From: Schmidtea nova
Lineage: Eukaryota
Direction: 5' to 3'
DNA: 64,000 nucleotides
Assembly: GCA_044892505.1 (NCBI GenBank)
Contig: CM097882.1
Coordinates: 312,542,001 to 312,606,000 of the forward strand
Positions 49,901 through 60,833 of this stretch are shown piece after piece (positions within the stretch are counted from its first letter, which is position 1; every line of letters begins with the position of its first letter). A program made the translations under genes and the position numbers. The notes under the pieces are model-generated. The model ran no database searches, had not been told where the DNA came from, and saw only the letters and a list, made by a program, of their open reading frames with translations.

Positions 49901-51523
49901 AACGTTGCTGTAAACACCGCTAAAACAATTGGATTTGAATATCGTCCAGAAAAGTGCGCTTATATGCAATACCCTAAAATAGAAACTGTAAGCGAGATTT
50001 CTGTCAACAACGTTCTTATAAAAAAGATTGCAACAAATGAATTTTACCAATACTTGGGAGTACCAATAGGTGACAATAATGATCAAAGTCCCTATGAAAT
50101 TCTAAGCAAAGTAATTGAAGACACAAAGAAAATAGCAAATTCTGATCTTTACGGCTGGCAAAAACTTAAAGCGTATAAGGTCTTTCTGCATTCTCGCTTG
50201 ATTTTTCCATTTAGAACTAGGGAAATCAAAACAAGTTCTTTAGCTGATTCGAGTAAAAATTCAAAATTAAATGTAAATAATACGAGTATTTTGAGGAGTC
50301 ATCTTAGAAAAATATTGCACTTGCCACACTACTCTGAGATTAGCTATTTTTATAATTCTACTGAAAACGGCGGTGCAGGCTGCATAGACTTACTTGACGA
50401 GTATCATACACAGACAATCGTGTACTTTTTCCGTTTGTTAACATCAACGTGCGAATATTCGAAAAAGATAAATACAGACTCGCTTTTATTTGTCACAAGT
50501 CCGAGACTCGGAATCAAAAATCCAGTTCTTAAACAAAGTTTAGAATGGATAAATGGAAAAGACAGCAAGAAAAACAACAGTGGTTGCAAAACTCGATTTT
50601 ATCGGTTGCGATCATCCATTGCTTACTTTTCTAAAGTTCACAACATTAAATTGTTATTTGAAACAGTGAAAGGGAATCCTTCTATCCGGATAACCACTAC
50701 ACTTAAGGGAACACGTATATTATTACCAACATTAAGAAAAGCCTTGTCAATGATTTTACATTCAGCTCTCCAGGATTCGTATCTCGAGAAATGGGAGAAT
50801 AGCAATCATAATAATCTGCTTGTATCTGCGATTAAACTCTGTCCACTGGTCAACAGGCTTATTTTCCGCAGTGATTTGACAGAATTTGAATGGAGATTCG
50901 TCCATCGAGCAAGAACGAATACATTATCAATATTTGCGAAGCCATATAAAACTGGCGAAAATCGTCTTTGTCGTAGATGTAAGCTTGAAGACGAGACTTT
51001 ATCACACGTTCTTCAAACTTGTAAAATGAACAAATCTTGGGCAACTAGTCGACATAACGCTTGCTTAGAAAAAATAAAAAGCGAGTTGAAAGATCCAAAC
51101 TTGTTAGTTGTTGCGGATCATAAATGTTCCCTAGTACCGACATCAACTGAACGCGTTGATTTAATAATAACCAATAATGATAAAAAGACCATATTATTGG
51201 TAGACATGAAATGCCCAATCGATTCGGTGCCCAACTTTGATTTGGCTGATAAAAAAAACATAGAAAAGTATGATAAACTAAAATCAGAAATTAAAATAGC
51301 CAAACCCGATTATAAAGTTGAGTTGTTTACCTGCATCATAGGCTCATTAGGATCCATTGAAATTAAAACACCTGATCTTTTAGTAAAAATGGGAGTAAAA
51401 GAAAATAAAGTAAAACGTCTGATGAAAGAGTGTGCAATTAGCAATATTGCGCACTCGGCCAAAATTTGGTACTTTCATACCAATGGCTTTCTTCCAGATA
51501 ATATAAGACAAACTTGTAAATAA
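46913..51523 (+). CDS. E6 ORF2 (Ulp1-RT-CCHC-RLE)
   Basis: Intact, same motifs. Confidence 0.95.
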   Translation: MPASAQSSAIPSNETDAESTTKNNISTIDNRDPEVWFSDNDIDWYLENHIDNPMHGYIKCFIVNIICSNITEDIVEIPPSISNAEIVFCPLNINNSHWILFVYSKKMLSSYFIDPILANRQKPINKQMAQRINLKLNRFFNLNISVSRHPHKHLEYQNNSFDCGPFTCAYAVIISKDLNSFPNGFIEKIRTSVHENQNRMQITESTLFAGTNSKMDMTKINIKKALAKKKVITNTSDMTKVLNTQKPCVSSIISKYYESNSKITVLSAELTLNLIAQNTSFIADNVTFKQFKGIDHVISIIPKFNDWCLFVYSNKLDRSYMFDFNYRNIDERLIEIGEKITEYLNQFTLVSKIKFTPHHRISHPTFHSYDDQYFASSFIVFFEKLVFERILDNDKVYDSLSALKYQSCKDLSPSLSFINGKISDKIIEEYFASLNLSTKYILLNTTMCTALSDDCTEYLKDFVNIECMMKATIIFVIISPPRANDLLMVIDYDADEHYLLSPVTNDLFVMTEGFCYKLLIKINEIRESTGRSLKSRNCRHDVKGSGLFSRLLICAFIKYYAFDRSLENINLHEIGKIIYSLVPLVDKNDNAEEERRLKSKAVNSLKLNLKQRIEKANNLIISLEHASIDEIISGILSNIPRLKDLNTDHIRTPYLGTKVEKARKFKNSTEFLSNMKKTVYRILGNNTESIAPPYQEIIDTFSHPDTLPRNWENILKFTKSSKYSLELNPMTPKEILSSLCKADNTSPGLDNVCYKDLLLLDPECKLLAFLYNKILKLDIIPTSWKSFKTILIPKPDKNGQYHKIYSWRPIALLSVIYKVFASVLANRLSLWIRNNSMLHIGQKGGSEYEGCIEHNSILSAIVEHSKYSKSSPLTIAWLDIKDAFGSVPHDYMWTLLKHINVSDRFVGILKLLYTDTSSFYCCNKMQTPDIPIKKGVKQGCPISMILFAIAINPVLESINLSNVNPFTIGTSPVQVLAYADDIALIATNTSDLQILINVAVNTAKTIGFEYRPEKCAYMQYPKIETVSEISVNNVLIKKIATNEFYQYLGVPIGDNNDQSPYEILSKVIEDTKKIANSDLYGWQKLKAYKVFLHSRLIFPFRTREIKTSSLADSSKNSKLNVNNTSILRSHLRKILHLPHYSEISYFYNSTENGGAGCIDLLDEYHTQTIVYFFRLLTSTCEYSKKINTDSLLFVTSPRLGIKNPVLKQSLEWINGKDSKKNNSGCKTRFYRLRSSIAYFSKVHNIKLLFETVKGNPSIRITTTLKGTRILLPTLRKALSMILHSALQDSYLEKWENSNHNNLLVSAIKLCPLVNRLIFRSDLTEFEWRFVHRARTNTLSIFAKPYKTGENRLCRRCKLEDETLSHVLQTCKMNKSWATSRHNACLEKIKSELKDPNLLVVADHKCSLVPTSTERVDLIITNNDKKTILLVDMKCPIDSVPNFDLADKKNIEKYDKLKSEIKIAKPDYKVELFTCIIGSLGSIEIKTPDLLVKMGVKENKVKRLMKECAISNIAHSAKIWYFHTNGFLPDNIRQTCK

Positions 51524-51880
51524 ATAATTATATATATATATATAAATATTTGCTTTTTAAACTCTGTAAATAAAATTTAAGGTAAATATTTTGTAAAGTA
51601 ATTTTTGTATTAAATATCCAATCTTTTTAATCTGATAAATTGTCTTTGAGAGTTATTAAATTGGGAGACCAAGTATTCTGCGACGTATGTCACTTATTCT
51701 AGAATTATCAACTTCAAAAGAATACAGTCGCAAAGCTGGATGACGAAATCCAAAGAACCAGAAACTTCCATTCAGATTGAACAATTATATTTTGACTGTG
51801 ATTGTTTAGGGACTAATCCATGTTGATTAGATAATCTGTAAAAAAAATATGTCAAACTTGTTATATTTAATAAATGTTTA

Positions 51881-51935
51881 TTATCACGTCTGCCTAACAC
51901 GCAGAAGGTCCCCGGTTCGATCCCGGGTCGAACCA
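51881..51935 (+). pseudogene. 5'-truncated tRNA-Val(AAC), nt 19-73
   Basis: Abuts E6 3' end. Confidence 0.93.
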
Positions 51936-52115
51936 AATTTTTCTCAATTCATTATTTGACTTTTATTATATTTGCAACTCTTTTTTTAATTCATAACGCA
52001 ATTTTGTTGTTGAATTCTCTACTTTGTACATAAATTTTATTCAAGTGAATTCAGTACATTTTGTCAAGGTAATTCGAAAATCAAACATGCACAACAATTG
52101 TTAGTTGAAACTGTC

Positions 52116-52188
52116 GGTTCGATGGTGTAGCGGTTATCACGTCTGCCTAACACGCAGAAGGTCCCCGGTTCGATCCCGGGTCGAACCA
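52116..52188 (+). tRNA. trnV(AAC): tRNA-Val(AAC)
   Basis: Identical to 566-638. Confidence 0.97.
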
Positions 52189-52368
52189 AATTTTTCTCAA
52201 TTCATTATTTGACTTTTATTATATTTGCAACTCTTTTTTTAATTCATAACGCAATTTTGTTGTTGAATTCTCTACTTTGTACATAAATTTTATTCAAGTG
52301 AATTCAGTACATTTTGTCAAGGTAATTCGAAAATCAAACATGCACAACAATTGTTAGTTGAAACTGTC

Positions 52369-52441
52369 GGTTCGATGGTGTAGCGGTTATCACGTCTGCC
52401 TAACACGCAGAAGGTCCCCGGTTCGATCCCGGGTCGAACCA
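52369..52441 (+). tRNA. trnV(AAC): tRNA-Val(AAC)
   Basis: Identical to 566-638. Confidence 0.97.
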
Positions 52442-52621
52442 AATTTTTCTCAATTCATTATTTGACTTTTATTATATTTGCAACTCTTTTTTTAATTCAT
52501 AACGCAATTTTGTTGTTGAATTCTCTACTTTGTACATAAATTTTATTCAAGTGAATTCAGTACATTTTGTCAAGGTAATTCGAAAATCAAACATGCACAA
52601 CAATTGTTAGTTGAAACTGTC

Positions 52622-52694
52622 GGTTCGATGGTGTAGCGGTTATCACGTCTGCCTAACACGCAGAAGGTCCCCGGTTCGATCCCGGGTCGAACCA
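52622..52694 (+). tRNA. trnV(AAC): tRNA-Val(AAC)
   Basis: Identical to 566-638. Confidence 0.97.
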
Positions 52695-52874
52695 AATTTT
52701 TCTCAATTCATTATTTGACTTTTATTATATTTGCAACTCTTTTTTTAATTCATAACGCAATTTTGTTGTTGAATTCTCTACTTTGTACATAAATTTTATT
52801 CAAGTGAATTCAGTACATTTTGTCAAGGTAATTCGAAAATTAAACATGCACAACAATTGTTAGTTGAAACTGTC

Positions 52875-52947
52875 GGTTCGATGGTGTAGCGGTTATCACG
52901 TCTGCCTAACACGCAGAAGGTCCCCGGTTCGATCCCGGGTCGAACCA
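52875..52947 (+). tRNA. trnV(AAC): tRNA-Val(AAC)
   Basis: Identical to 566-638. Confidence 0.97.
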
Positions 52948-53127
52948 AATTTTTCTCAATTCATTATTTGACTTTTATTATATTTGCAACTCTTTTTTTA
53001 ATTCATAACGCAATTTTGTTGTTGAATTCTCTACTTTGTACATAAATTTTATTCAAGTGAATTCAGTACATTTTGTCAAGGTAATTCGAAAATCAAACAT
53101 GCACAACAATTGTTAGTTGAAACTGTC

Positions 53128-53200
53128 GGTTCGATGGTGTAGCGGTTATCACGTCTGCCTAACACGCAGAAGGTCCCCGGTTCGATCCCGGGTCGAACCA
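53128..53200 (+). tRNA. trnV(AAC): tRNA-Val(AAC)
   Basis: Identical to 566-638. Confidence 0.97.
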
Positions 53201-53380
53201 AATTTTTCTCAATTCATTATTTGACTTTTATTATATTTGCAACTCTTTTTTTAATTCATAACGCAATTTTGTTGTTGAATTCTCTACTTTGTACATAAAT
53301 TTTATTCAAGTGAATTCAGTACATTTTGTCAAGGTGATTCGAAAATCAAACATGCACAACAATTGTTAGTTGAAACTGTC

Positions 53381-53453
53381 GGTTCGATGGTGTAGCGGTT
53401 ATCACGTCTGCCTAACACGCAGAAGGTCCCCGGTTCGATCCCGGGTCGAACCA
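53381..53453 (+). tRNA. trnV(AAC): tRNA-Val(AAC)
   Basis: Identical to 566-638. Confidence 0.97.
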
Positions 53454-53582
53454 AATTTTTCTCAATTCATTATTTGACTTTTATTATATTTGCAACTCTT
53501 TTTTTAATTCATAACGCAATTTTGTTGTTGAATTCTCTACTTTGTACATAAATTTTATTCAAGTGAATTCTTTCAAGGTTCG

Positions 53583-56216
53583 ATGACTCAATCACCTGCT
53601 GCTCAGTCAACTGCTGCTGATGTGATGACTCAGTCTATTGGAAATCAGTCAACTGTGACGAAGAAATATGAATTAGAAAACATTCTCAAGTATCAAATTT
53701 CCAGTTTGCAATGTTTTCAATCGATTTTGGATTATTTTTCGCAACTAAATGGTGGAAATCTCGCTACTGCCTCAGTTCTTTCTGATGCGAATGCAAGTCA
53801 ACGGAGTTCTTTCGATCAAGGATCTAAAATTTCTCAAAACCAATCTGATAATATGCCACTTTCTTATGCTGATATTGAGACTAAATTCACTAAATCAAAG
53901 GATTTACTGATTGTCAAGCGCCTGGATTCATTGGAGTCTCAATTTATGAATATGGCTGAAAAGTTAGATTATTTGGTTTCTTTTTTTAATGGCTCTGTTG
54001 ATGATTTATCAGATTTTCCTAAAGTAAATGAAAATAATTTAAATAATAATCCTTTCAATAAAAATAAAGTTTTTGATATCAAAGATAAATTAATTGTAAA
54101 TAATGTAGTTTTAGATAAATCAAATATTTCAGAATTTATTGAAAATAATATTGCTAAAATTCCTAATAGTTTAATTGATGTAAATAATAAAATGTGTAAT
54201 TCAAATAATAAATTTCTAAATAACCCTAATAAAGAGAATGTTAAACATTTTAATAATCCCAAAGAAACATCTTCAATTGATTTGACTAACGATAAAATTA
54301 TGCCAAATGAAAACATAGAAATAATTATTAAAAATAATAAAAAATCTGTTAAAATTATAGAACCTAATAAAACAACTAAACAGAAGTATGATAAATTTGA
54401 ATTTAAAAATCTGGTTCGTATTTTAACGAAAAGGGAACGCCAGAAAATCTTGAATGCCTTCCCTGCTTTAATACAACTAATTAAAAAGAAAGAATCACAG
54501 AGTAAATATTTTGAAATTAATAAATTTCTTTCGAGCAAAGATTTTAATGTGAATCACTTGAATTTAATTAATTTTGATTATTTTTTCTATAGAAATTGTA
54601 ATCTTTGTGTATCTTTAAAATTGAACAACGCTCCTGTCATTTCATCAGCACCAAAACCTGTTGTTTTAAAATCTATTAAATTAATTGACCATAATATCGT
54701 CAAAATAAATTCTGAAATCCCTGACTTTGTTCGAGCTCCAATGTCAATTCGAAGATTTTTATTCAATCTTTCGCACGATCTTTCAAACACTGTTTCCATC
54801 AAGGATGAGAAACACAGGGGAAATAAAATAAATAACATTCTTACTTCAATGAAACATAAACAACAATTACCAGATTATTTAATAAAATCAAACATTAAAT
54901 ACGAAAATGGTGAGTTCTTATTATTAGATTTGACTAACGATAAAATCAAATTGAACGACGATAATAACTTGATAAAATCAAATTTTTCTGAACTTACTAG
55001 AAGTCAGATTAAAAATCTTTACTATTCTTATCCTTCTCTTAAGGAAGTTTGTTTCGTTGAAAATCTTGAAACAAGATCATCATCCGTTAGTAAAATTATC
55101 GAATCTTTAAAGTTAATTAATGAATTTCCAAAAAATATCATTTTTAAAGAGGGTAAATTTTATCAGTCTGATAAAAGAACAATCTCACCTAGTAGTTCTC
55201 CTGACATAATGTTCAACCTAGGTCTTTTTAATTTGGCTAGTATGAGTAGAAAAGATTGTGAATTAAAATCCATTTTAGAGAAGACTGGTTGTGACTTTAA
55301 AATAGTTGAAATAATATTCTACCTCAACTATTTAGGCTTGACTCAATCTTTAGAATTTTGCAAAAATCAAACTTATTCCGATTATGTGAGGAATTACGTC
55401 TGTAATTGCTGCTTGATAAACTCACTCTGTAGTATTGCTGATGTTGATTCGCTTTCATCTGAAGATTTTGAGGGTTGGGCGACCGAAATTGTTCAGAAAA
55501 TCCCAGTTTCTTCCTATTACTTCAATAGCTGCCAGGAAAAGCTTTTAAAGCTGAAGCAATGGGACATTTCAACTAAAATCAAAAGAATCCATAACGTTAT
55601 TTCACCTGAAATAATATCTTATTTAAATAACTTTCTTGACTCTGTAGACGTAAAATTTCCATCTAAGTCTCAACAACATAATATTCTAATTAAATTAATG
55701 AAAGCTATCAATGACATTAAAATTTTTGATGACATACACGGAAATAAAGCAAAAAGACTTGTTTACTTTTTGCTAAGAGATGCCAAGAAATATTTGAATA
55801 AAAATCAACGATTCAGATTATTTGAATCGAGCAATAAATATTGCACTTCAGAGATGGAGAATATAATTTCAGTAATAATTGAGAACCTTACCAAAGTTAC
55901 TGACCATGAAGTTACTACTCCTGAAATCACAGTTGAAGAAACGCCAATTGAAATAACTTGTGATCCTGAACCTATCGTCTTGATTAAGGAAATAAACTGT
56001 TTAAAATGTAACAATATCATCGAAAAATGCATTCTTGTTAGAGATGGAACAAACGTCAACATCTGTGAAAGCTGTCTATTTGACGCAATTACCTTTGAAA
56101 AGCCGATTCCTGAAGCTACTAATTCGGATATCGAAGAAAATATAGAAACAAATTGTAAGAAATCTTGTCCAAGACCTAGAAAAACAGACAAGAAAACATC
56201 AACCAAAGCAAAATGA
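53583..56216 (+). CDS. E7 ORF1, 877 aa
   Basis: Intact; T7 at 53981-53987 keeps the frame. Confidence 0.88.
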   Translation: MTQSPAAQSTAADVMTQSIGNQSTVTKKYELENILKYQISSLQCFQSILDYFSQLNGGNLATASVLSDANASQRSSFDQGSKISQNQSDNMPLSYADIETKFTKSKDLLIVKRLDSLESQFMNMAEKLDYLVSFFNGSVDDLSDFPKVNENNLNNNPFNKNKVFDIKDKLIVNNVVLDKSNISEFIENNIAKIPNSLIDVNNKMCNSNNKFLNNPNKENVKHFNNPKETSSIDLTNDKIMPNENIEIIIKNNKKSVKIIEPNKTTKQKYDKFEFKNLVRILTKRERQKILNAFPALIQLIKKKESQSKYFEINKFLSSKDFNVNHLNLINFDYFFYRNCNLCVSLKLNNAPVISSAPKPVVLKSIKLIDHNIVKINSEIPDFVRAPMSIRRFLFNLSHDLSNTVSIKDEKHRGNKINNILTSMKHKQQLPDYLIKSNIKYENGEFLLLDLTNDKIKLNDDNNLIKSNFSELTRSQIKNLYYSYPSLKEVCFVENLETRSSSVSKIIESLKLINEFPKNIIFKEGKFYQSDKRTISPSSSPDIMFNLGLFNLASMSRKDCELKSILEKTGCDFKIVEIIFYLNYLGLTQSLEFCKNQTYSDYVRNYVCNCCLINSLCSIADVDSLSSEDFEGWATEIVQKIPVSSYYFNSCQEKLLKLKQWDISTKIKRIHNVISPEIISYLNNFLDSVDVKFPSKSQQHNILIKLMKAINDIKIFDDIHGNKAKRLVYFLLRDAKKYLNKNQRFRLFESSNKYCTSEMENIISVIIENLTKVTDHEVTTPEITVEETPIEITCDPEPIVLIKEINCLKCNNIIEKCILVRDGTNVNICESCLFDAITFEKPIPEATNSDIEENIETNCKKSCPRPRKTDKKTSTKAK

Positions 56217-56222
56217 AGATGT

Positions 56223-59200
56223 GTGCCTGCATCAGCTCAATCGTCTGCCATTCCCTCTAATGAGACTGATGCAGAGAGCACAACTAAAAATAATATTTCA
56301 ACTATCGACAATCGTGATCCTGAAGTGTGGTTTTCTGATAATGATATTGATTGGTATCTTGAAAACCACATTGATAATCCAATGCATGGATATATTAAAT
56401 GCTTTATAGTAAATATCATCTGTTCTAACATCACAGAAGATATTGTTGAAATTCCACCATCTATTAGCAATGCTGAAATTGTATTTTGTCCACTCAACAT
56501 TAACAATTCGCACTGGATTCTTTTTGTTTATAGTAAGAAAATGTTATCTTCTTACTTTATTGACCCAATCCTTGCAAACAGACAAAAGCCAATCAATAAA
56601 CAAATGGCTCAGAGAATTAACCTAAAACTGAATAGATTTTTTAATCTAAATATATCTGTGTCCCGACATCCACACAAACATCTTGAATATCAAAATAACA
56701 GCTTTGATTGTGGCCCATTTACGTGTGCTTATGCTGTGATTATCAGTAAAGATTTGAACAGCTTTCCAAATGGGTTCATAGAGAAAATTCGTACCAGTGT
56801 GCATGAAAATCAAAATCGTATGCAAATAACCGAATCCACCTTATTCGCTGGTACTAACTCCAAGATGGACATGACCAAAATAAATATCAAGAAAGCCCTT
56901 GCAAAAAAGAAAGTCATCACCAACACCTCAGATATGACCAAAGTATTGAACACTCAAAAACCGTGTGTGTCATCAATAATTAGTAAATATTACGAAAGTA
57001 ATTCTAAAATAACAGTCTTATCTGCCGAACTAACTTTAAACCTAATTGCACAAAATACCTCCTTCATAGCTGATAATGTCACTTTCAAGCAGTTCAAAGG
57101 AATCGATCATGTTATAAGTATCATTCCTAAATTTAACGATTGGTGTCTCTTTGTCTATTCGAATAAACTTGACAGGAGCTACATGTTCGACTTCAATTAT
57201 CGAAACATTGATGAAAGGCTAATTGAAATTGGTGAAAAGATAACTGAATATCTGAATCAATTCACTCTTGTTTCTAAAATAAAATTCACACCTCATCATA
57301 GAATTTCTCATCCAACATTTCATTCTTACGATGATCAATATTTTGCAAGTTCTTTTATTGTATTTTTTGAGAAACTTGTCTTTGAAAGAATACTGGACAA
57401 TGATAAGGTTTATGACTCATTAAGTGCTCTAAAATATCAGTCTTGTAAAGATCTTTCTCCTAGCTTAAGTTTCATTAATGGTAAAATATCCGACAAAATT
57501 ATTGAGGAATATTTTGCTAGCCTAAACTTATCGACCAAATATATTCTTCTAAACACAACAATGTGTACTGCGCTTTCAGATGATTGCACTGAATACTTGA
57601 AAGACTTTGTAAACATTGAGTGCATGATGAAGGCTACTATAATCTTTGTAATCATTTCTCCTCCAAGAGCCAACGACTTGCTCATGGTTATTGATTACGA
57701 CGCTGATGAGCACTATTTATTAAGCCCAGTCACTAATGACTTGTTCGTTATGACTGAAGGATTCTGCTATAAATTACTAATTAAAATTAATGAGATTAGA
57801 GAGAGCACAGGTCGTTCCTTGAAATCGCGTAATTGTCGACATGACGTTAAAGGTTCTGGCTTATTTAGTAGGTTATTAATCTGTGCCTTTATTAAATATT
57901 ATGCATTTGACCGATCTCTAGAAAATATCAATCTTCATGAAATTGGCAAAATTATCTACTCACTTGTGCCATTAGTTGATAAAAATGATAATGCTGAGGA
58001 AGAAAGACGACTAAAATCAAAAGCTGTAAACTCTTTAAAACTAAATTTAAAACAGCGAATAGAAAAAGCCAATAATCTTATAATTTCACTTGAACACGCC
58101 AGTATTGATGAAATCATAAGTGGCATTCTTTCAAATATTCCTCGTCTTAAAGATTTGAACACCGATCACATTCGTACACCATATTTAGGTACTAAAGTAG
58201 AAAAAGCTAGAAAATTCAAAAATTCCACTGAATTTCTGTCAAACATGAAAAAGACTGTGTATAGGATTTTGGGTAACAACACAGAATCAATTGCACCTCC
58301 TTTTCAGGAAATTATTGACACTTTCAGTCATCCTGATACATTACCTAGAAATTGGGAAAACATCTTTAAATTCACTAAGAGTTCTAAATTTAGTCTTGAA
58401 TTAAATCCAATGACACCTAAAGAAATCCTTTCAAGTCTTTGCAAAGCTGACAACACTTCTCCAGGTCTTGATAATGTTTGTTATAAAGATCTTTTGCTAT
58501 TAGACCCTGAATGTAAATTGCTAGCTTTTCTGTACAATAAAATCCTAAAATTAGACATTATTCCTACAAGTTGGAAATCATTTAAAACCATACTAATCCC
58601 TAAACCAGATAAAAATGGCCAATATCATAAAATATATTCTTGGCGACCAATTGCCTTATTATCTGTCATTTACAAAGTCTTCGCTTCAGTTTTGGCAAAT
58701 CGTCTAAGCTTATGGATAAGAAATAATTCCATGTTACACATTGGCCAAAAGGGTGGTTCGGAGTACGAAGGATGTATTGAACACAACTCTATTCTTTCTG
58801 CTATCGTCGAACATTCAAAATACAGCAAGTCTTCACCTTTAACAATAGCTTGGCTAGACATCAAAGATGCCTTCGGAAGTGTTCCACATGACTACATGTG
58901 GACACTGTTAAAACACATAAATGTTAGTGATAGGTTTGTAGGAATTTTAAAACTGCTCTATACTGATACAAGCTCGTTTTATTGTTGCAATAAAATGCAG
59001 ACACCGGATATTCCAATAAAGAAAGGAGTTAAACAAGGTTGTCCGATCTCAATGATATTGTTTGCAATAGCTATTAACCCAGTACTTGAGTCTATTAATC
59101 TATCAAACGTTAATCCTTTTACGATTGGAACATCTCCGGTACAGGTGTTGGCTTATGCGGATGATATCGCACTTATCGCGACAAATACCTCTGATCTGCA

Positions 59201-60833
59201 AATACTCATAAACGTTGCTGTAAACACCGCTAAAACAATTGGATTTGAATATCGTCCAGAAAAGTGCGCTTATATGCAATACCCTAAAATAGAAACTGTA
59301 AGCGAGATTTCTGTCAACAATGTTCTTATAAAAAAGATTGCAACAAATGAATTTTACCAATACTTGGGAGTACCAATAGGTGACAATAATGACCAAAGTC
59401 CCTATGAAATTCTAAGCAAAGTAATTGAAGACACAAAGAAAATAGCAAATTCTGATCTTTACGGCTGGCAAAAACTTAAAGCGTATAAGGTCTTTCTGCA
59501 TTCTCGCTTGATTTTTCCATTTAGAACTAGGGAAATCAAAACAAGTTCTTTAGCTGATTCGAGTAAAAATTCAAAATTAAATGTAAATAATACGAGTATT
59601 TTGAGGAGTCATCTTAGAAAAATATTGCACTTGCCACACTACTCTGAGATTAGCTATTTTTATAATTCTACTGAAAACGGCGGTGCAGGCTGCATAGACT
59701 TACTTGACGAGTATCATACACAGACAATCGTGTACTTTTTCCGCTTGTTAACATCAACGTGCGAATATTCGAAAAAGATAAATACTGACTCGCTTTTATT
59801 TGTCACAAGTCCGAGACTCGGAATCAAAAATCCAGTTCTTAAACAAAGTTTAGAATGGATAAATGGAAAAGAGAGCAAGAAAAACAACAGTGGTTGCAAA
59901 ACTCGATTTTATCGGTTGCGATCATCCATTGCTTACTTTTCTAAAGTTCACAACATTAAATTGTTATTTGAAACAGTGAAAGGGAATCCTTCTATCCGTA
60001 TAACCACTACACTTAAGGGAACACGTATATTATTACCAACATTAAGAAAAGCATTGTCAATGATTTTACATTCAGCTCTCCAGGATTCGTATCTCGAGAA
60101 ATGGGAGAATAGCAACCATAATAATCTGCTTGTATCTGCGATTAAACTCTGTCCACTTGTCAACAAGCTTATTTTCCGCAGTGATTTGACAGAATTTGAA
60201 TGGAGATTCGTCCATCGAGCAAGAACGAATACATTATCAATATTTGCGAAGCCATATAAAACTGGCGAAAATCGTCTTTGTCGTAGATGTAAGCTTGAAG
60301 ACGAGACTTTATCACACGTTCTTCAAACTTGTAAAATGAACAAATCTTTGGCAACTAGTCGACATAACGCTTGCTTAGAAAAAATAAAAAGCGAGTTGAA
60401 AGATCCAAACTTGTTAGTTGTTGCGGATCATAAATGTTCCCTAGTACCGACATCAACTGAACGCGTTGATTTAATAATAACCAATAATGATAAAAAGACC
60501 ATATTATTGGTAGACATGAAATGCCCAATCGATTCGGTGCCCAACTTTGACTTGGCTGATAAAAAAAACATAGAAAAGTATGATAAACTAAAATCGGAAA
60601 TTAAAATAGCCAAACCCGATTATAAAGTTGAGTTGTTTACCTGCATCATAGGCTCATTAGGATCCATTGAAATTAAAACACCTGATCTTTTAGTAAAAAT
60701 GGGCGTAAAAGAAAATAAAGTAAAACGTCTGATGAAAGAGTGTGCAATTAGCAATATTGCGCACTCGGCCAAAATTTGGTACTTTCATACCAATGGCTTT
60801 CTTCCAGATAATATAAGACAAACTTTTAAATAA
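56223..60833 (+). CDS. E7 ORF2 (Ulp1-RT-CCHC-RLE)
   Basis: Intact, same motifs. Confidence 0.95.
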   Translation: MPASAQSSAIPSNETDAESTTKNNISTIDNRDPEVWFSDNDIDWYLENHIDNPMHGYIKCFIVNIICSNITEDIVEIPPSISNAEIVFCPLNINNSHWILFVYSKKMLSSYFIDPILANRQKPINKQMAQRINLKLNRFFNLNISVSRHPHKHLEYQNNSFDCGPFTCAYAVIISKDLNSFPNGFIEKIRTSVHENQNRMQITESTLFAGTNSKMDMTKINIKKALAKKKVITNTSDMTKVLNTQKPCVSSIISKYYESNSKITVLSAELTLNLIAQNTSFIADNVTFKQFKGIDHVISIIPKFNDWCLFVYSNKLDRSYMFDFNYRNIDERLIEIGEKITEYLNQFTLVSKIKFTPHHRISHPTFHSYDDQYFASSFIVFFEKLVFERILDNDKVYDSLSALKYQSCKDLSPSLSFINGKISDKIIEEYFASLNLSTKYILLNTTMCTALSDDCTEYLKDFVNIECMMKATIIFVIISPPRANDLLMVIDYDADEHYLLSPVTNDLFVMTEGFCYKLLIKINEIRESTGRSLKSRNCRHDVKGSGLFSRLLICAFIKYYAFDRSLENINLHEIGKIIYSLVPLVDKNDNAEEERRLKSKAVNSLKLNLKQRIEKANNLIISLEHASIDEIISGILSNIPRLKDLNTDHIRTPYLGTKVEKARKFKNSTEFLSNMKKTVYRILGNNTESIAPPFQEIIDTFSHPDTLPRNWENIFKFTKSSKFSLELNPMTPKEILSSLCKADNTSPGLDNVCYKDLLLLDPECKLLAFLYNKILKLDIIPTSWKSFKTILIPKPDKNGQYHKIYSWRPIALLSVIYKVFASVLANRLSLWIRNNSMLHIGQKGGSEYEGCIEHNSILSAIVEHSKYSKSSPLTIAWLDIKDAFGSVPHDYMWTLLKHINVSDRFVGILKLLYTDTSSFYCCNKMQTPDIPIKKGVKQGCPISMILFAIAINPVLESINLSNVNPFTIGTSPVQVLAYADDIALIATNTSDLQILINVAVNTAKTIGFEYRPEKCAYMQYPKIETVSEISVNNVLIKKIATNEFYQYLGVPIGDNNDQSPYEILSKVIEDTKKIANSDLYGWQKLKAYKVFLHSRLIFPFRTREIKTSSLADSSKNSKLNVNNTSILRSHLRKILHLPHYSEISYFYNSTENGGAGCIDLLDEYHTQTIVYFFRLLTSTCEYSKKINTDSLLFVTSPRLGIKNPVLKQSLEWINGKESKKNNSGCKTRFYRLRSSIAYFSKVHNIKLLFETVKGNPSIRITTTLKGTRILLPTLRKALSMILHSALQDSYLEKWENSNHNNLLVSAIKLCPLVNKLIFRSDLTEFEWRFVHRARTNTLSIFAKPYKTGENRLCRRCKLEDETLSHVLQTCKMNKSLATSRHNACLEKIKSELKDPNLLVVADHKCSLVPTSTERVDLIITNNDKKTILLVDMKCPIDSVPNFDLADKKNIEKYDKLKSEIKIAKPDYKVELFTCIIGSLGSIEIKTPDLLVKMGVKENKVKRLMKECAISNIAHSAKIWYFHTNGFLPDNIRQTFK

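Larger units (their letters stand above)
44261..51880 (+). mobile_element. E6: full-length RLE retrotransposon, 7620 bp, both ORFs intact
   Basis: Same junctions; one extra TA in the 3' UTR; mosaic haplotype. Confidence 0.94.
51881..53570 (+). repeat. tRNA-Val array G (1 remnant + 6 intact)
   Basis: Period 253. Confidence 0.97.
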
